Virus record (IMG/VR): IMGVR_UViG_3300037112_000094 | Location: 1 to 64,000 of that record | Strand: one strand, 5' to 3' | Source of the DNA: an uncultured virus (IMG/VR IMGVR_UViG_3300037112_000094) | Lineage: Duplodnaviria > Heunggongvirae > Uroviricota > Caudoviricetes | Length of the DNA: 64,000 bases | Shown: positions 33,583 to 44,241 of the stretch, piece after piece | Layout: each line of letters starts with the position of its first letter | How positions within the stretch are numbered: the stretch's first letter is position 1 | Notes under the pieces: generated by a model | Databases searched by the model: none | What the model was told of the DNA's origin: nothing | What the model saw: only the letters and a program-made list of their open reading frames with translations | Made by a program: the position numbers and the translations under genes

Positions 33583-36092
33583 ACGTGGCTCCAAACGGGC
33601 TTCGGTCCGCCTCCGCCTTGGAGCGCCTGAGCCGATTCGATGATCTTTTGCAAATTAGCTGCCGCTACCGACGCCTGCGGTCCGGGTGGAGGCGGTGGCG
33701 CAGCCGGTGGGGCCGGAGGCGGGGCGGGTGGAGCTTGCAACTGTTCGCCCTGCTTCTTGACATCGAGTAGCGCTGGAGGTGTTTGCTGTGTCGCCTTTCC
33801 CCCGGCAAGCCACGCCGCCATTGCTGGAGCGATCTGCAAGCTATTTAGGCGCGGGTCTCTGAGCTTGTCCTCGTTGGCGAGAAGATTGAGCGATAGACGA
33901 AGCTTGTCCGCATCCTGTGGCGGAAGGCTCTCGATCATCTGCATGTCTTCGGCGCTCGGCCTTGCCAGCCATTCGAGGACGCTCGGCGAGCGCAAGGCTT
34001 TTGTCAGTAGCGTCACACCGACTTGTCCAACGAGCAATTCTCCACCGAACTCGCTCAAATTACCGTGTGCCAGCCTCGTGGTTAGTCCGCCAACGACAAT
34101 TCTCAATACCCAGCTTCCGACCTTGCCGTACTTGCGCAATCCACGGTCGATGTACTGTACGTTCTCCGCCTGAATGTTGGGAACCTCTGGATGCGGAGTG
34201 AGTGGTTTTGGCTCAAACTTCGATGCTGGTTCAAGCGGCGGCGGCGGAAGTGTGATCTGCTCGCGAAGAGGCTGATCCTTGGGAAGTGCCTTCAGTCCTG
34301 CTTGCAAGTTTTCGACGTGTTGCGCGAGCTTCGGAATCGAATGATCATATTGCCCGACCCTTCCAAGGTAGTCTTCCAGCTTCGCGTCCCTCGTGAAGCC
34401 CGGTGTGACCTTCGACCTGACGTAGTTCGCGGCGGTTCCCGGTGTCGTCTGCGTGTTCCGGAATGTGTCGACGTAGGGGCCATGGAGGGCGCGCGCTTTC
34501 TTCAACTCATCGTCGGCTCCGGCCTCTTTTGAAACATCCTCTTCAAGCTTTCGGACGACCTGAAGCACCTGTCCGATGGCGTACTTCACATTGCCAGTGC
34601 GGTCGGCGCGCACTGCATCTTCCAACTGAGTCTTCCACCCATGGAGACGGCTGGCGGAAATCTGTTTAAGACCGCGTCCGCCGCCCGTCGCGCCACCACC
34701 TTCACCACCAGTGGCTTCATCGGCTAGATCGCCCAAACCGATACGCTTTATTTGATCGTCAATGACCGCTTTTCTGTCGGGCGGAAGTTCTGCGTATGGT
34801 TTGTCGTAGCCTGCGTTCTTCGCGATAGAGTTTCTCGTCTGGTCAAGCTCGGACAAATCCTCTTCCGCTGGCGCTGTCTCGCGAAGGATTTCCTTGAACG
34901 TTGAAACTTGCTCCGGACTCATCTTGTCCGTTTGTGCCTTGATCGCGTCGACCACGGTCTGCATATCCACTTGGACATTGGCGACCTTGGCGCGCCATAC
35001 CTTCCACGCGGCATTGTTAGCGGCGTTCGCGTCCTTCTCGGCCTTAGCGATCTTGTCGTCGAGTTCCTTCGATGCGGTGTCCAACTTTTGTTGCGTGTCG
35101 ACGCGCTTCTGGCGGTCGCGCATGACCGCATCGTTGCGCTTCCGTACTTCGTCGGTTGCCTGCTGGTGCTTGGCCTCCTCTTCCTGCCGGTCCTTGATGG
35201 CCTTGATCTTGTCCTTTCGGTTCTGCTCAGTCTCATTGACGTTTTTCTTCCGCACATCCTCGGATTCCTTGCCGAACTTCTCAACCGTCCGCTCGGTGTT
35301 TTCGGATACGCCCAATGTATCCCTGATCCCAGTACGCAAATGCTCGGCTGGAACTATACTCGTCTTCGCGTAAACCTCCCCCACGGTTTTTGCCGCTCCG
35401 TGAGTGACGGCGGCGAGTATGCCCATACCCGCGATGCTCCCCAGCAAATTGTCGACAGCCAACTTTGGGTCCTTCTTCGCGTCCTCACGGAACTGTGTAC
35501 GCAATTGGTCCGGAACTTGCGTCGGATCGATCATGTTGAGGAGATTGTTCACATCCTGCGCGCCAGCACTCGGACGCACCGCCCCATAAAGAGCCACTGA
35601 CAAATCCTTCAAAAACTCCGGTGCGCTGTAAAGACTTCTGCCAGCCGCTTTCATAGCGTTAACATCGAATCCAGACGGAGCAATCGGCATCTGACCAATG
35701 CGCCCAGTGGATGGCTGCAAGAGATTTTGAATCTTGTCGTTCGCCCTTTCGAGAATGGTCGGTCCCTCGCCTTGATGCTCGAAGTCCCTTTGGTAGCGCG
35801 GTGCTTCGTCTGGATGAAGATGGAAACCGGCATCGATGGCCTTTTGCACGTTGCTGAAAGGAATCTGAACCTCATCCGATATATTTGTGAATCCCTGATC
35901 CGATGAGGGGAGCATCCGGTACAGCCCCTCGCCCTTCGGATTCGCGGTGAAGTCCGCTTGTGGAGCTTCGAGCCTTTGCCGAATTTGCTTCAGCGCATCT
36001 GGAGACATCTTTCCAAGGACAAGCCTCTGCTCGGGCTCTGAGAGTTTCCTGAGCTTCTCGATTGCCTGATCGTAAGTGAGATCGTTTGCCAT
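33546..36092 (-). CDS. putative internal virion / ejection protein
   Basis: 848-aa helical, coiled-coil ORF in the virion operon. Confidence 0.55.
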   Translation of the reverse strand: MANDLTYDQAIEKLRKLSEPEQRLVLGKMSPDALKQIRQRLEAPQADFTANPKGEGLYRMLPSSDQGFTNISDEVQIPFSNVQKAIDAGFHLHPDEAPRYQRDFEHQGEGPTILERANDKIQNLLQPSTGRIGQMPIAPSGFDVNAMKAAGRSLYSAPEFLKDLSVALYGAVRPSAGAQDVNNLLNMIDPTQVPDQLRTQFREDAKKDPKLAVDNLLGSIAGMGILAAVTHGAAKTVGEVYAKTSIVPAEHLRTGIRDTLGVSENTERTVEKFGKESEDVRKKNVNETEQNRKDKIKAIKDRQEEEAKHQQATDEVRKRNDAVMRDRQKRVDTQQKLDTASKELDDKIAKAEKDANAANNAAWKVWRAKVANVQVDMQTVVDAIKAQTDKMSPEQVSTFKEILRETAPAEEDLSELDQTRNSIAKNAGYDKPYAELPPDRKAVIDDQIKRIGLGDLADEATGGEGGGATGGGRGLKQISASRLHGWKTQLEDAVRADRTGNVKYAIGQVLQVVRKLEEDVSKEAGADDELKKARALHGPYVDTFRNTQTTPGTAANYVRSKVTPGFTRDAKLEDYLGRVGQYDHSIPKLAQHVENLQAGLKALPKDQPLREQITLPPPPLEPASKFEPKPLTPHPEVPNIQAENVQYIDRGLRKYGKVGSWVLRIVVGGLTTRLAHGNLSEFGGELLVGQVGVTLLTKALRSPSVLEWLARPSAEDMQMIESLPPQDADKLRLSLNLLANEDKLRDPRLNSLQIAPAMAAWLAGGKATQQTPPALLDVKKQGEQLQAPPAPPPAPPAAPPPPPGPQASVAAANLQKIIESAQALQGGGGPKPVWSHVYSEELGRIIPV

Positions 36093-36094
36093 TT

Positions 36095-37690
36095 TTACTG
36101 TGGCGGATGCGCAGGTGCGGTTTGCGATGGTCCGTTCTGTAGGGTTCTCATGATCGCATCTAGGTCGGGATTCGTGGACGACGGCGGTGTGGAACCTTCG
36201 GGCTCGCTTTCCGATGTGTTTATGTCGTCGAGAACTTGCTTCTTCGCCGTTTCGTTTTCATGCGCGCCGTCAATCAATTGGCGGAGAATATCGGCTGGCA
36301 AAGCACCGTGTGTCGGATTATTGACCCACTGCTGAATCGTGTTCCCCCATCCGGATGTGATGATGTAGTCGAGAGCCTGTGTCGTGAACCTTCCGGCGCT
36401 GACTTTCTCAAGAGCAACAGCAAGGCGCTTCTGGTTGATCGCATCGTCCGGATGCTGTGCCACCAGATCAGCAATTTTAGACAATCCCTTGGCAGTCTCG
36501 TAGTCCTTGTACGCTGCCGTGTACTCCGGTGTGCGGCCACGGAGAACCGCCTTGCCGACATGAGTTGCACCAGATGACGCGGTCGGTGAGCCAGCAGCCT
36601 GTGCCTTTTTCTTTACCCCGCCCAAATGCGTCGGTTGTCCCTCTCCGGGTTGAGCATTTTCATCTTCGCCCGGTAACGGCCCACGGGGTGGCTTCAGGAT
36701 TACCCCAAATCCGGGGACACGGCGATTCGTTTCCGTAACCGGCACATACCAGCCGTTTAAGTCCTGCTTCAGAGTGGTGGTGATGCTCTCGGAGGGGGCC
36801 GCACTCGATAGCGCCGTTTGCTGGTTGATGAACAGAATATCGGCCACAGTCAGAGGCTCCCCTTCAGGGATGTTGTAGTCGTGTCTGTATGCGGCCTCCG
36901 TTTCAGCGAACTTCGAATGACTCGCCTTTCCTGCTGGCTGCGTGTATCCGGGAACCTCTTCGCGGAAATCGGTGCCGTCCGGATTCAAGAAACGCTGGTA
37001 GAATTTTCCATCATTCGAGTCTTTGTAAGGCTGTCCTATCGCCTTCACGCCCTTCGTGAGAGGAACCTTGGCGAGGCTCGCCACCGCCTGATCGATTACC
37101 TCTTGTGGGGCATTATTCTTCTTGAGCCACTCAATCGTCGCTTGGTTAACAGCGTTTGTTCTTGTGATCTCCGTTTGCGCTGTTGCCTCTCCTTGCTCGG
37201 TTGGAGACGGCGGTCCTGCGGAGGCAAGCTGAGTAGCCTCGGCCTGTGCCTTAACTTGCTCCGGCGTTTGTGAACCCTGCTCGCGGATTTCGTAGGCTGG
37301 GCCTGCTGGAATTTTCTCTCCGTTCGCGTCAATCGTCGACTGTCCGTAGATCGGAGGCGGAGCGGGAGCCGATGCTGGCTTCTTAGGGAAACGGAGGTCC
37401 TTGCCCAACATCTTTCCGAATCTCATCAGCGCGTTCGGATGGGTCTGGCTTCCCCAATGCTCGTCGCGTGTCTGCAGAGCTTGCGCTAGTTGGTCGCGTG
37501 TTTGGAGATACTCCGTGCTGCTGGGATCGAGCGTCGAGAGTCTGGTCTGGAGGTTGTCCACCATCCCCTGAATTTCGTTGTGCTTTTCCTGAAACTCAGC
37601 GTCGGACAAAGCTTGCTTGTGAGCGCGCCGTTCTTGTCCGCGCTGTGCGCCAAGCTGCCAACCTTCTTGCCATGCACTCTCGTTCGCCAT
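36095..37690 (-). CDS. putative internal virion / ejection protein
   Basis: 531-aa Q/A/P-rich ORF, tightly packed with neighbours. Confidence 0.55.
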   Translation of the reverse strand: MANESAWQEGWQLGAQRGQERRAHKQALSDAEFQEKHNEIQGMVDNLQTRLSTLDPSSTEYLQTRDQLAQALQTRDEHWGSQTHPNALMRFGKMLGKDLRFPKKPASAPAPPPIYGQSTIDANGEKIPAGPAYEIREQGSQTPEQVKAQAEATQLASAGPPSPTEQGEATAQTEITRTNAVNQATIEWLKKNNAPQEVIDQAVASLAKVPLTKGVKAIGQPYKDSNDGKFYQRFLNPDGTDFREEVPGYTQPAGKASHSKFAETEAAYRHDYNIPEGEPLTVADILFINQQTALSSAAPSESITTTLKQDLNGWYVPVTETNRRVPGFGVILKPPRGPLPGEDENAQPGEGQPTHLGGVKKKAQAAGSPTASSGATHVGKAVLRGRTPEYTAAYKDYETAKGLSKIADLVAQHPDDAINQKRLAVALEKVSAGRFTTQALDYIITSGWGNTIQQWVNNPTHGALPADILRQLIDGAHENETAKKQVLDDINTSESEPEGSTPPSSTNPDLDAIMRTLQNGPSQTAPAHPPQ

Positions 37691-37694
37691 CTGG

Positions 37695-37961
37695 CTATGC
37701 CTTCCTCGCGACTCTCTTCCGCGCGGCCTTCTTCTTGCCGCCCTTACGGCGACCTTTGGCCTGCCCAGCGGTGAGAACCACCTCGTCCTTGTGGACGCGA
37801 GCGTACCCCGATTTCTTCACTTTTCCGCCCTTCTTGAAGGACTTCGGGCTCGCCATTTTGTCGGCGCTCGCTTGGACGAGAAATTTGCCTTTATTGTTCT
37901 TTTTGTCCTTGTGCTTTGAGGCAATATCCATTCCAGCTTGCCACGCTTCGTCGTTCGCCAT
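37695..37961 (-). CDS. small basic protein
   Basis: AAGGAG SD; FKKGGKVKKSG..VHKDEVVL. Confidence 0.65.
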   Translation of the reverse strand: MANDEAWQAGMDIASKHKDKKNNKGKFLVQASADKMASPKSFKKGGKVKKSGYARVHKDEVVLTAGQAKGRRKGGKKKAARKRVARKA

Positions 37962-37989
37962 TTTTGTCGTCTCCTTGTGATTTGTGACG

Positions 37990-38499
37990 CTACCCGCCAA
38001 GTGCAAATGCTTCCCCAGCCGCTGCACCAGTCGTGGTAGCGCGGCCAAGGATACTGTTGTTCCAGTTCTCATACCGTTGCTGGGACAGTTCGGCCTCCTG
38101 CCCGATGCCGGTCATGCCAGTCTTCAAGAGATCACCGCCAGTTGTCGCAAGACCACTCACAGAGCTTCCTGTGAGACTGCCGATGAGGTTCGTCATATAC
38201 TCGTGGAGCTTGTCCTTCGTCGCGGCGTTGGACGCGGCTGTACCTCCCGAGCGTGTGCCCAGTTCGGTAGCACTCTTGATGTCTTGTTGTGTGGATTTTT
38301 CGGCGGCGCTTCTTTCGGGAGCGATTGCCTGCGCCGTCTTCGTGGCATCGCCGCTCACGATGGAGTTCCACCAATCGGATGCAGCGGCTGTGTTCTTCTC
38401 GCCTCGCTGGGTAGCTTCGCCAGCGGCTTGGCTGGTTTGGCCGATGGCCGCGTTGAGACCTAGATTTTGACCGCCGAAAACCGATTCCCAGAAGCCCAT
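37990..38499 (-). CDS. G/A/T/S-rich pilot-like virion protein
   Basis: GGAGG SD; MGFWESVFGG N-terminus. Confidence 0.55.
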   Translation of the reverse strand: MGFWESVFGGQNLGLNAAIGQTSQAAGEATQRGEKNTAAASDWWNSIVSGDATKTAQAIAPERSAAEKSTQQDIKSATELGTRSGGTAASNAATKDKLHEYMTNLIGSLTGSSVSGLATTGGDLLKTGMTGIGQEAELSQQRYENWNNSILGRATTTGAAAGEAFALGG

Positions 38500-38596
38500 G
38501 GCACACCTCCAAACGCGAGGCGAGCACCGGCTCCCGGACCGCCGCTCAACACATCGCCATTCTACACCGATTACAAGATAAACGCCCTAAAAATCC

Positions 38597-39805
38597 TTAC
38601 GCGTGCATGAGCATGTACTCGTCCGCTCTTTTAACGCCGGTACCGTTGTCGCGCATTCGATCCACGATCTTTGGATCGACCAGATCGGGGTGAATCCACC
38701 AGTCTTCCATGCTATCGTATTTCCTCGGTGCAATATCACCAACGACTAGAAGGTAGCCATGTGATTCAAGATACCGTCTACTACGCTCCTTGACAGTGGG
38801 GTCAGGAGAGAGGTAGTCGTCGTGTTCAAATGTAATCACAGCGAATTTTCGAGTTTCAAACGGTAGCTGCAACAATACGTTGAAGGAGTTCGGGTCGGTG
38901 TCGATTTGCAGATAGTCGTAGTCTTTTGTGATTAGCGCATCGTAGTCCAATTTTACGGCATCACCAGTGATGACGGTGCTTTTTCGTTCCTTGGCGTACT
39001 TCGCTGTTATTGACGGTTTTATGTCGATGGACACACCGCTCCATCCCCACTCCTCAAGCAGTTTCGTATTGTTCGTGAAGGTGGGGTCTCCGCATCCGAG
39101 TTCAAAAAACGTACCATCGCGCTTCCCGTTGAGCATCGTCAACACGAACATATCTTGGTACATCTGCGAATAGTTGCGTTCGATGAATCGTGAACCGGGG
39201 AATTTGACCCGCAGTTGCTCGTACATCGAGCCATAGTAGATTAGTGGGTCAGTCCACAACGTGCCGTCGAGCCTCTGTAGATTATTCTGTACGGCCATAA
39301 TGTGTACTGGCAACATCGTGGGATTCTTCTTCAATTGTCTAAGGAGATGAAGGGATTCATCGAACAGACCAATCCACCATGCAGATACAGCTTGTTCAAA
39401 CACCAAGGCGTATCGCCCCGGATAGTCCACGTTCGTGCGTAACTTTGGGTGGTCTTCATGCAGCTTCTGACCCATAATCGAGAAGGTGTAGGATTCCTGC
39501 CAATCCTTGTTGACCTCGTACAAGCGGCTCAGAAGAAAATAGGCTTCTGGCCGGTCGGGCATCAGAGAGATGGCCCTGAGCAAAATGCCTTTGGTCGTGT
39601 AGACCCGACAGCCCTGCCGTGTAAAACAGTTGGCAAGTCGCAAAAGCGCCTCGTAGATGAGCAAGGCGTTCGTTGAGTATTCAGTTGTCCTGATGTAGAA
39701 CCCGGCTGCTGCGGCGGTGTGACCTTGGTTTTCATACCAGTTCCCCAGCGAAAAGTTATACTCCGCGTTCTCGGGGTCACTGACGTAATTCAGCAGTTCG
39801 CTCAT
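38597..39805 (-). CDS. TPR plus FkbM-like methyltransferase fusion
   Basis: PDRPEAYFLLSRLYE (TPR); YSQMYQD...FFELG..NNT...DYLQID...ITFEHD...EDWW. Confidence 0.8.
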   Translation of the reverse strand: MSELLNYVSDPENAEYNFSLGNWYENQGHTAAAAGFYIRTTEYSTNALLIYEALLRLANCFTRQGCRVYTTKGILLRAISLMPDRPEAYFLLSRLYEVNKDWQESYTFSIMGQKLHEDHPKLRTNVDYPGRYALVFEQAVSAWWIGLFDESLHLLRQLKKNPTMLPVHIMAVQNNLQRLDGTLWTDPLIYYGSMYEQLRVKFPGSRFIERNYSQMYQDMFVLTMLNGKRDGTFFELGCGDPTFTNNTKLLEEWGWSGVSIDIKPSITAKYAKERKSTVITGDAVKLDYDALITKDYDYLQIDTDPNSFNVLLQLPFETRKFAVITFEHDDYLSPDPTVKERSRRYLESHGYLLVVGDIAPRKYDSMEDWWIHPDLVDPKIVDRMRDNGTGVKRADEYMLMHA

Positions 39806-41628
39806 GCTGGAACTCCGTTTTCACAGGTCTTGCACAATACGAATGGCGTGCCATCCTTGGGAACGATTTCTTCAAAGGAATGCTTGTACAAATTGCCTAG
39901 TATGTGCTCCAAACCGTAATCCATGCAGCAGAGTGAGACATCGCCGTTTGGCAACAGAACACTATGATACAGCCGCTCTGGACAACCACAAGTTGTATCG
40001 CTATTTCTCATTTCCGTTGTGTTGAGACTAATCTGAATGAACTCAGTTTTCTTCACATTACCCGCCCGATTGTACATAGCAGGTCTGATTGTTTCAGGGA
40101 ACAGCCCTCGCAAAGCCGGTGATAGTGTCCCCATCGTCATGGAGCGGAAATTCTCGATATGACGTGATTCACGCTTAATCGCCGTTAACAGTTGCGTGTA
40201 TTTGTCTGAATGATGGGAAAAGTAACCCTCTACGTCGGGAAGGTGAAGGACGAACCCGCCCTGCACTCCTGTGAACGGTATCCCCTTAATCTGCTCGAAG
40301 TCGGCGAGGCTCATCCCCATCCCAGTTGTGAACAGGGAAACCTTGTGCCCCGTAGCGTGGGCATGGCATATCATCGCCGCGCAATTGGGGTTTAGAAAAG
40401 GCTCTGCGCAACCAGCGAAGGTAATCTGTATTTCTGGCGGCACCTTGTCGATAAGCTTTACATAATCCGGCAAAGACAGAATGCGTTCCCCGTTGTATAC
40501 CGCGACTAGTTTATCTTGTGGGCAGAACGCGCAATGCGGTGGGCATCCATTCTTTGGAATGGCGGTTGTTATTTCAAGTGTCGGGTAGGAAGTTGTGTGC
40601 CACTTATTTTTAACTCTTGGCTGCTGTGAGGTTTCATTCAGACCCAGCACCTTGGGAATCGCCCGTTCCGGCACCCGAAGAATGAAAGCGCAGTTATCTT
40701 GGAACCCGAAAGTTATCAGCAGGTCGTTTTGCCACTCCGTCAGTCCGCAGCAAAATTCTATCTCCCCATCCAAGAACGAAAATGGTTCACCGATTCTTAC
40801 GATTTTCCAGTTCTGGTCATAGACCACAAATCGGTGCATATACGTGGCGTCTTTCTGCCCGATGTTGTTCTTGAAAAGGTCGCAGTCGTGAACTACGCAG
40901 ACGTAGTAATCCTTCCAATGAATGACTTGGGAATTACCACGAAGAAATGGCATCCCTTCAATTTTATCGGCTTCATCCACTTCCCGCACGCGACACGATT
41001 TCAGCGTCGTTAGGTCAGCCTTGACCAGCACGGCAGGATTTGTCCACTGGATGAAGTGGTACGGCATATCGAGCACAGGCATCCAGTTCTTTTCGCAATA
41101 CCATTCAGGATTTGTGGGGTGCTCAATGCGGTAGCGACCAATTTCTTTTACAGATTTATCTGTCACTTCCAGTTCTGAAAATTCCATTCTGCTTTGCCCG
41201 TTGGTTGTGGTGTCTCGCCGACACCCAATGGCATAGAGATGTCCATCCCACCGAACGAGGCGTGCGTCCTCAAGCCCGACAAACTCCCATAGCGGCTCTT
41301 TATCGAGCATGCTTGTGTCAATCTTCCAATAGCGTTCGATTTCGAGGCTTGGAGCGAGTTTGCAAAGGAAATTCGTTGTCCGTAAATGCAGGTCGTTTTC
41401 GGGATTGAGATAGGCGAGAGGACCGAAGCGATTGTTGAACGTTTGCCCGTTCTCCGCATGGTAGAGTGTATAGTTGACGTTTCGCAGAATCATCCAGAGT
41501 TCGTCGCGGTCAACAAACACAGATGGATTACACAGTCCGAGACCACCGGAGTCTGTGGAAGCAATCATTAGTTGCTTGATTTCGCCGCCCTCTGCCAACA
41601 CCGAGCGGACGAAGTTCCTATTAGACAT
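39802..41628 (-). CDS. glycosidase-like beta-propeller plus radical SAM/SPASM fusion
   Basis: NPS, GLEDARL, EKNWMP, IEFCCG; CPPHCAFC; LPNGDVSLCCMD. Confidence 0.8.
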   Translation of the reverse strand: MSNRNFVRSVLAEGGEIKQLMIASTDSGGLGLCNPSVFVDRDELWMILRNVNYTLYHAENGQTFNNRFGPLAYLNPENDLHLRTTNFLCKLAPSLEIERYWKIDTSMLDKEPLWEFVGLEDARLVRWDGHLYAIGCRRDTTTNGQSRMEFSELEVTDKSVKEIGRYRIEHPTNPEWYCEKNWMPVLDMPYHFIQWTNPAVLVKADLTTLKSCRVREVDEADKIEGMPFLRGNSQVIHWKDYYVCVVHDCDLFKNNIGQKDATYMHRFVVYDQNWKIVRIGEPFSFLDGEIEFCCGLTEWQNDLLITFGFQDNCAFILRVPERAIPKVLGLNETSQQPRVKNKWHTTSYPTLEITTAIPKNGCPPHCAFCPQDKLVAVYNGERILSLPDYVKLIDKVPPEIQITFAGCAEPFLNPNCAAMICHAHATGHKVSLFTTGMGMSLADFEQIKGIPFTGVQGGFVLHLPDVEGYFSHHSDKYTQLLTAIKRESRHIENFRSMTMGTLSPALRGLFPETIRPAMYNRAGNVKKTEFIQISLNTTEMRNSDTTCGCPERLYHSVLLPNGDVSLCCMDYGLEHILGNLYKHSFEEIVPKDGTPFVLCKTCENGVPA

Positions 41629-41667
41629 CGCCTTCTAACTTTCTGACCGCTGAGCAGCACAGCATGG

Positions 41668-42447
41668 TCATTCGCCTTCTAACTTTTTGACTCTGAGAAG
41701 CAGATCATCCACTGTCGCAACGACTTCTTTTATGGCGTTCGTGTTTGCCATCACTAAAGGCGTCAAATCGTAATGCAGAATGTCGGAAGTTTCCTCATCT
41801 TCAGGGTGAAGCTTACCCTTGACCCCATAGACTGCTTGTGGTATGACGCCCTGCAACTCGTTAGCAATGATACCAACCTTGTCAATGCCATCGTCTGCGG
41901 TATCGTACAGGCCATTGTATTTGAAGATACAAGGCTTAATTCCTAATACTGTCTGCACGCCACCGGGATAGGGTCGAATATCTTTTTTCAACCGTATATC
42001 CGAAGTGGCACCCTGTCTGCCTTGTGCTCCCTGAGCACCAGTGGCTCCTTGAGGTCCAGTACCACCAGTTGCACCTTGCAACCCTTGTGCTGGCCCCTGA
42101 AGTCCTTGAGTTCCTTGAGGCCCAGTCCCTCCGGTTGCACCCTGTACTTGTGCTCCCTGTCTCCCCTGTGCTCCTTGTGTGCCTTGTAAACCAGTTCCTC
42201 CAGTATCTCCTTGCGTGCCAGTCGTGCCTTGAGTGCCAGTTCCAACCGTTCCTTGAACACCTTGGGTTCCCTGTACTCCCTGAGTTCCTTGAGTACCAGT
42301 AGTGCCGGTGGTGCCTTGCGAACCTGTCGGACCCTGTGTTCCCGTAGCACCTTGAGTGCCTGTGTTTCCCTGTACGCCAGCATTTCCCTGACTGCCGGTT
42401 GCGCCTTGGGGACCCTGAAATCCGGGAGGATAAGATTCGATGCTCAT
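41668..42447 (-). CDS. collagen-like tail fibre with C-terminal S74 chaperone domain
   Basis: long G-x-Q/G-x-T triplet run followed by SDIRLKKDI. Confidence 0.85.
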   Translation of the reverse strand: MSIESYPPGFQGPQGATGSQGNAGVQGNTGTQGATGTQGPTGSQGTTGTTGTQGTQGVQGTQGVQGTVGTGTQGTTGTQGDTGGTGLQGTQGAQGRQGAQVQGATGGTGPQGTQGLQGPAQGLQGATGGTGPQGATGAQGAQGRQGATSDIRLKKDIRPYPGGVQTVLGIKPCIFKYNGLYDTADDGIDKVGIIANELQGVIPQAVYGVKGKLHPEDEETSDILHYDLTPLVMANTNAIKEVVATVDDLLLRVKKLEGE

Positions 42448-42770
42448 GAGTTTTCCTGACCGAACAAATTGAATGCACTTGTTCCATTTGCGGAAGTGAC
42501 TTTTATTACGTCCGTGTTCTCCATGGTGATGCCGACTGTCAGAGCAAGCACTCCATTTCCTCCAACAGTCGTTCCACTAAGAATCAATTGCTCGTTCGAA
42601 TCGCCAGCCCCCCCGACGCATATTCTCATAGTGATCGCGTCTGCGGTGGCACTGTTGTTGCAGATGGTAAGCGTGGAGATGACCGCTGATGTCGTCGCAC
42701 AGGTATAGAGAGTCGTCTCGACCGTGGCCGTGGGATATGCTTGTGCGAGAACTCTGATCGTAGTCGGCAT
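42444..42770 (-). CDS. small beta-rich virion protein
   Basis: TTLYT...ISTLTICN; coupled on both sides. Confidence 0.65.
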   Translation of the reverse strand: MPTTIRVLAQAYPTATVETTLYTCATTSAVISTLTICNNSATADAITMRICVGGAGDSNEQLILSGTTVGGNGVLALTVGITMENTDVIKVTSANGTSAFNLFGQENS

Positions 42771-44087
42771 TTATGCACCCATCAACAAAAATATCTGAGC
42801 GAAACCAACACCGCCGCCTGCCGGTGGTCCGCCATCTGTGAGACCACCGCCTGCGTCAAAAATAGCCATGTTTCCGGCAGAACCTGTCCCATCGCTCATC
42901 TGCACATCAACATCACCGGCACCCGTTCCGTGATAACCTGTGACCTTAGCAGGAATAGCTATGTTACCACTTATGCCTATGTCTCCAATTACATCTAACT
43001 GGACAGCCGGAGAGGGGTTGTTAATACCAACATAGCCATGAGCAGATGGGTAGTCAGTATTATTAGCCGGTTGAACGTAGATCTGATTCGTGCCGCCAAT
43101 GTAAAAGGGCGTCTCAGCGAAGTTGTTATCAAAGAATGAAAGGAATCCATTAGAACCAGCAGTAGTGCCATCACAACTGACACCGAGGAAAGCTCCTGAC
43201 CAAAGTATAGTAGGTGAAACACCAGGTGCTGTTGACAACGACCCGAAGTACGAGGTACCTTCCGCAACAGCAAGAATCGGCACAATGTTGCCAAAGTTAC
43301 CAACAAGGTCGTTATACAAGTCAGTAGCTGATTGACCTGTCGCGCCGAAGACAGCACCACTACCACCAGATAAGACACCGGCAAAGTAAGATGGTGTAGT
43401 TGAAGTATCGCTACAAGTTAAAGGTTCACTTGATGTTATGATGCCAGTAGTCGTTACGCCATCGTCAAGATGACTGTCTCCTAAGGCAGTCGGTCCTGTA
43501 AAGACAGGGATGTAGCCGGTCGTTCCTGATCCGCTCACACCTGCGATTACGGTAGCTGCCCAGAAATTTGTCCCGTCGAAGTAGACCAGCGCCATAGCTT
43601 CGGCGATCACCGGCATGGAGGCCGCGCCAAGGTTTCCGGGATAGCTGATCGTCCCTGTAGCTGGAGTCAAAGTGGCGGTTCCCGATCCTAAATTGAGGAA
43701 GAATGTGTACCACGGAAGAGTGATTCCGGGAATCGATCCGGCAGATGTGAGGGTCACCGCGATAGGCGATGCGTCACTCAGAATGATCAGCGCACCCTCA
43801 TCGCTAGGCTGCGTCGCATAGATGGTCACTCCCTGTTGCGGGTTGACGAACCCAATGTTGTTTATGATGTTCGTGATGCTCTGTGAGGAGCCACTCGACG
43901 AAGAAGATGACGCAGTCACCGCCCCGACAGTAGTCACCAAAGAATCGATCTGAGATTTTAGTTTCGGAATCGCCTGTTGCAGGTCGGTAATCGCGTCGTC
44001 GTGGTATTGAATAGTCTCCACAACTTCGGGCTCGGCTTTTCCCTCGATTCCGATTGGCAATCGCATTGAGACTGGGTTTGTGCTCAT
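42771..44087 (-). CDS. tail fibre-like protein
   Basis: G/T/S-rich; VGINNPSP...LDVIG motif. Confidence 0.65.
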   Translation of the reverse strand: MSTNPVSMRLPIGIEGKAEPEVVETIQYHDDAITDLQQAIPKLKSQIDSLVTTVGAVTASSSSSSGSSQSITNIINNIGFVNPQQGVTIYATQPSDEGALIILSDASPIAVTLTSAGSIPGITLPWYTFFLNLGSGTATLTPATGTISYPGNLGAASMPVIAEAMALVYFDGTNFWAATVIAGVSGSGTTGYIPVFTGPTALGDSHLDDGVTTTGIITSSEPLTCSDTSTTPSYFAGVLSGGSGAVFGATGQSATDLYNDLVGNFGNIVPILAVAEGTSYFGSLSTAPGVSPTILWSGAFLGVSCDGTTAGSNGFLSFFDNNFAETPFYIGGTNQIYVQPANNTDYPSAHGYVGINNPSPAVQLDVIGDIGISGNIAIPAKVTGYHGTGAGDVDVQMSDGTGSAGNMAIFDAGGGLTDGGPPAGGGVGFAQIFLLMGA

Positions 44088-44241
44088 TTAACAGCCCTCT
44101 TCTGATTTACTTTTTGCCACTTCGTGCATTTGTCACACAGCCGATGCGTGTTTAGGTTGCGATGGGTATCAGTATCAGGCAACTGTGCATTGCTAACGGC
44201 TCCGCACCTACGACAGCGTCGAGATGTTATGCTTCCGAATT

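Noticed and set aside
41990..42425. Non-coding tandem repeat
   Set aside because: Explained by collagen G-x-y codons.
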